Part shown: positions 63,220 through 64,000 of the stretch, one piece after another
Layout of the letters: the number at the start of each line of letters is the position of its first letter
Numbering within the stretch: position 1 is the stretch's first letter
DNA from: Azolla caroliniana
Lineage: Eukaryota > Plantae > Polypodiophyta
Reading direction: 5' to 3'
Length of the DNA stretch: 64,000 nucleotides
Assembly (NCBI GenBank): GCA_043228905.1
Contig: JBHGNT010000015.1
Span: forward strand, 14,074,001-14,138,000
Translations under genes and position numbers: made by a program
Notes under the pieces: model-generated
Seen by the model: only the letters and a program-made list of their open reading frames with translations
Told to the model about the DNA's origin: nothing
The model's database searches: none

Positions 63220-64000
63220 TGTTGGGAGACAGGTCCCTCCGGATGGAAGAGAGTAGAACAGTGCCGATGAACAAACTAGGCCGAGGCCGATACGCCGAGG
63301 CCGAAACCTGATGGGGAGTACTCGGCTACGGAGAGCGGGATGGTGCAAACCCGGTGAGAACCGGATGAGGAGTACCCGGCTACGGAGAGCCAGATGGTGC
63401 AAACCCGGTGAGAACCAGATGAGGAGTACCCGGCTACGGAGAGCTGGATGGTGCAGACCCGATGAGAACCAGATGAGGAGTACCCCGCTACGGAGAGCCG
63501 GATGGTGCAGACCCGGTGGAAACCGGATGAGGAGTACCCGGCGACGGAGAGTGAGATGGTGCAAACCCGGTGAGAACCGGATGAGGAGTACCCGGCTACG
63601 GAGAGCCGGATGGTGCAAACCCGGTGAGGAATGCTCACCGGATGAAGAGACATATTCGTAAATATGTTTCTGAGAGTCCATCGAGGCTATATTTGTAAAT
63701 AGCCGAAAAGTCATATTAGTATAAATATGACATAGGGCAAACTTTTAGTTACTGTTGTTGTCATTTCTTGTTGGTGCAAGGAGAGAGAGAGCGCATAACT
63801 GTGTACAGAGAGAGAGAGAGAGAAAGAGGTCGTTGCCTCTGTTGTAACCGCCGTCTGTGGCGAGGATCGTGAGCACGAGGTCGTTGCCTTCGTGAACTCA
63901 CTGTTGTACATTCTAACATAGTGATAGTTTGCAGCCTGTGGGTTGCCGTGGTTTTTCCCCTTAGTTTGGGTTTTCCACGTAAACATCCTGCGTACTCGTC
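63220..64000 (+). mobile_element. Copia-family LTR (runs off the window) inserted in the gag of the previous element
   Basis: TGTTGGGAGACAGGTCCCTCCGGATGG start as at 12853/24095; shared ATATTTGTAAATAGCC, TATAAATATGAC, GTAACCGCCG and CACGTAAACATCCTG blocks. Confidence 0.9.
63307..63630 (+). repeat. 6 x 54-bp tandem array inside the LTR U3 region
   Basis: Unit CCGGATGAGGAGTACCCGGCTACGGAGAGCCGGATGGTGCAAACCCGGTGAGAA; 18-aa periodicity in overlapping ORFs. Confidence 0.95.

Noticed and set aside
63307-63630. CRISPR-like array or hammerhead ribozyme array
   Set aside because: Units are contiguous with no unique spacers or cas genes, and the CUGAUGA...GAAA hammerhead core is absent; it is an LTR-internal tandem repeat.

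Overview
Eukaryotic, almost certainly land-plant (probably non-seed plant) heterochromatic DNA made of nested, mostly decayed transposable elements, with no intact host gene, RNA gene or CRISPR array. It holds a Ty1/copia element (12853-24629) with a nested tRNA-Trp-primed Ty3/gypsy element (15764-22455), a young Ty3/gypsy element with an unbroken 1362-aa pol and an extra 3' ORF (36182-46185), chromovirus and copia remnants, three copies of an unknown spliced gene with a hydrophobic C-terminus, and a 1.45-kb foldback. The main finding is a TIR-bounded DNA transposon (about 33495-51391; about 7.9 kb once the gypsy insertion is removed) with two divergently transcribed genes. One is a Sola-like DDD transposase (+). 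The other is an intron-containing gene (-) encoding a ParB/Srx-like domain fused to a prokaryotic-type beta-class N6-adenine/N4-cytosine DNA methyltransferase (DIPY ... NPYQKP ... LDLFSxTGTT). This copy is pseudogenised. All calls come from manual reading; no database searches were run.
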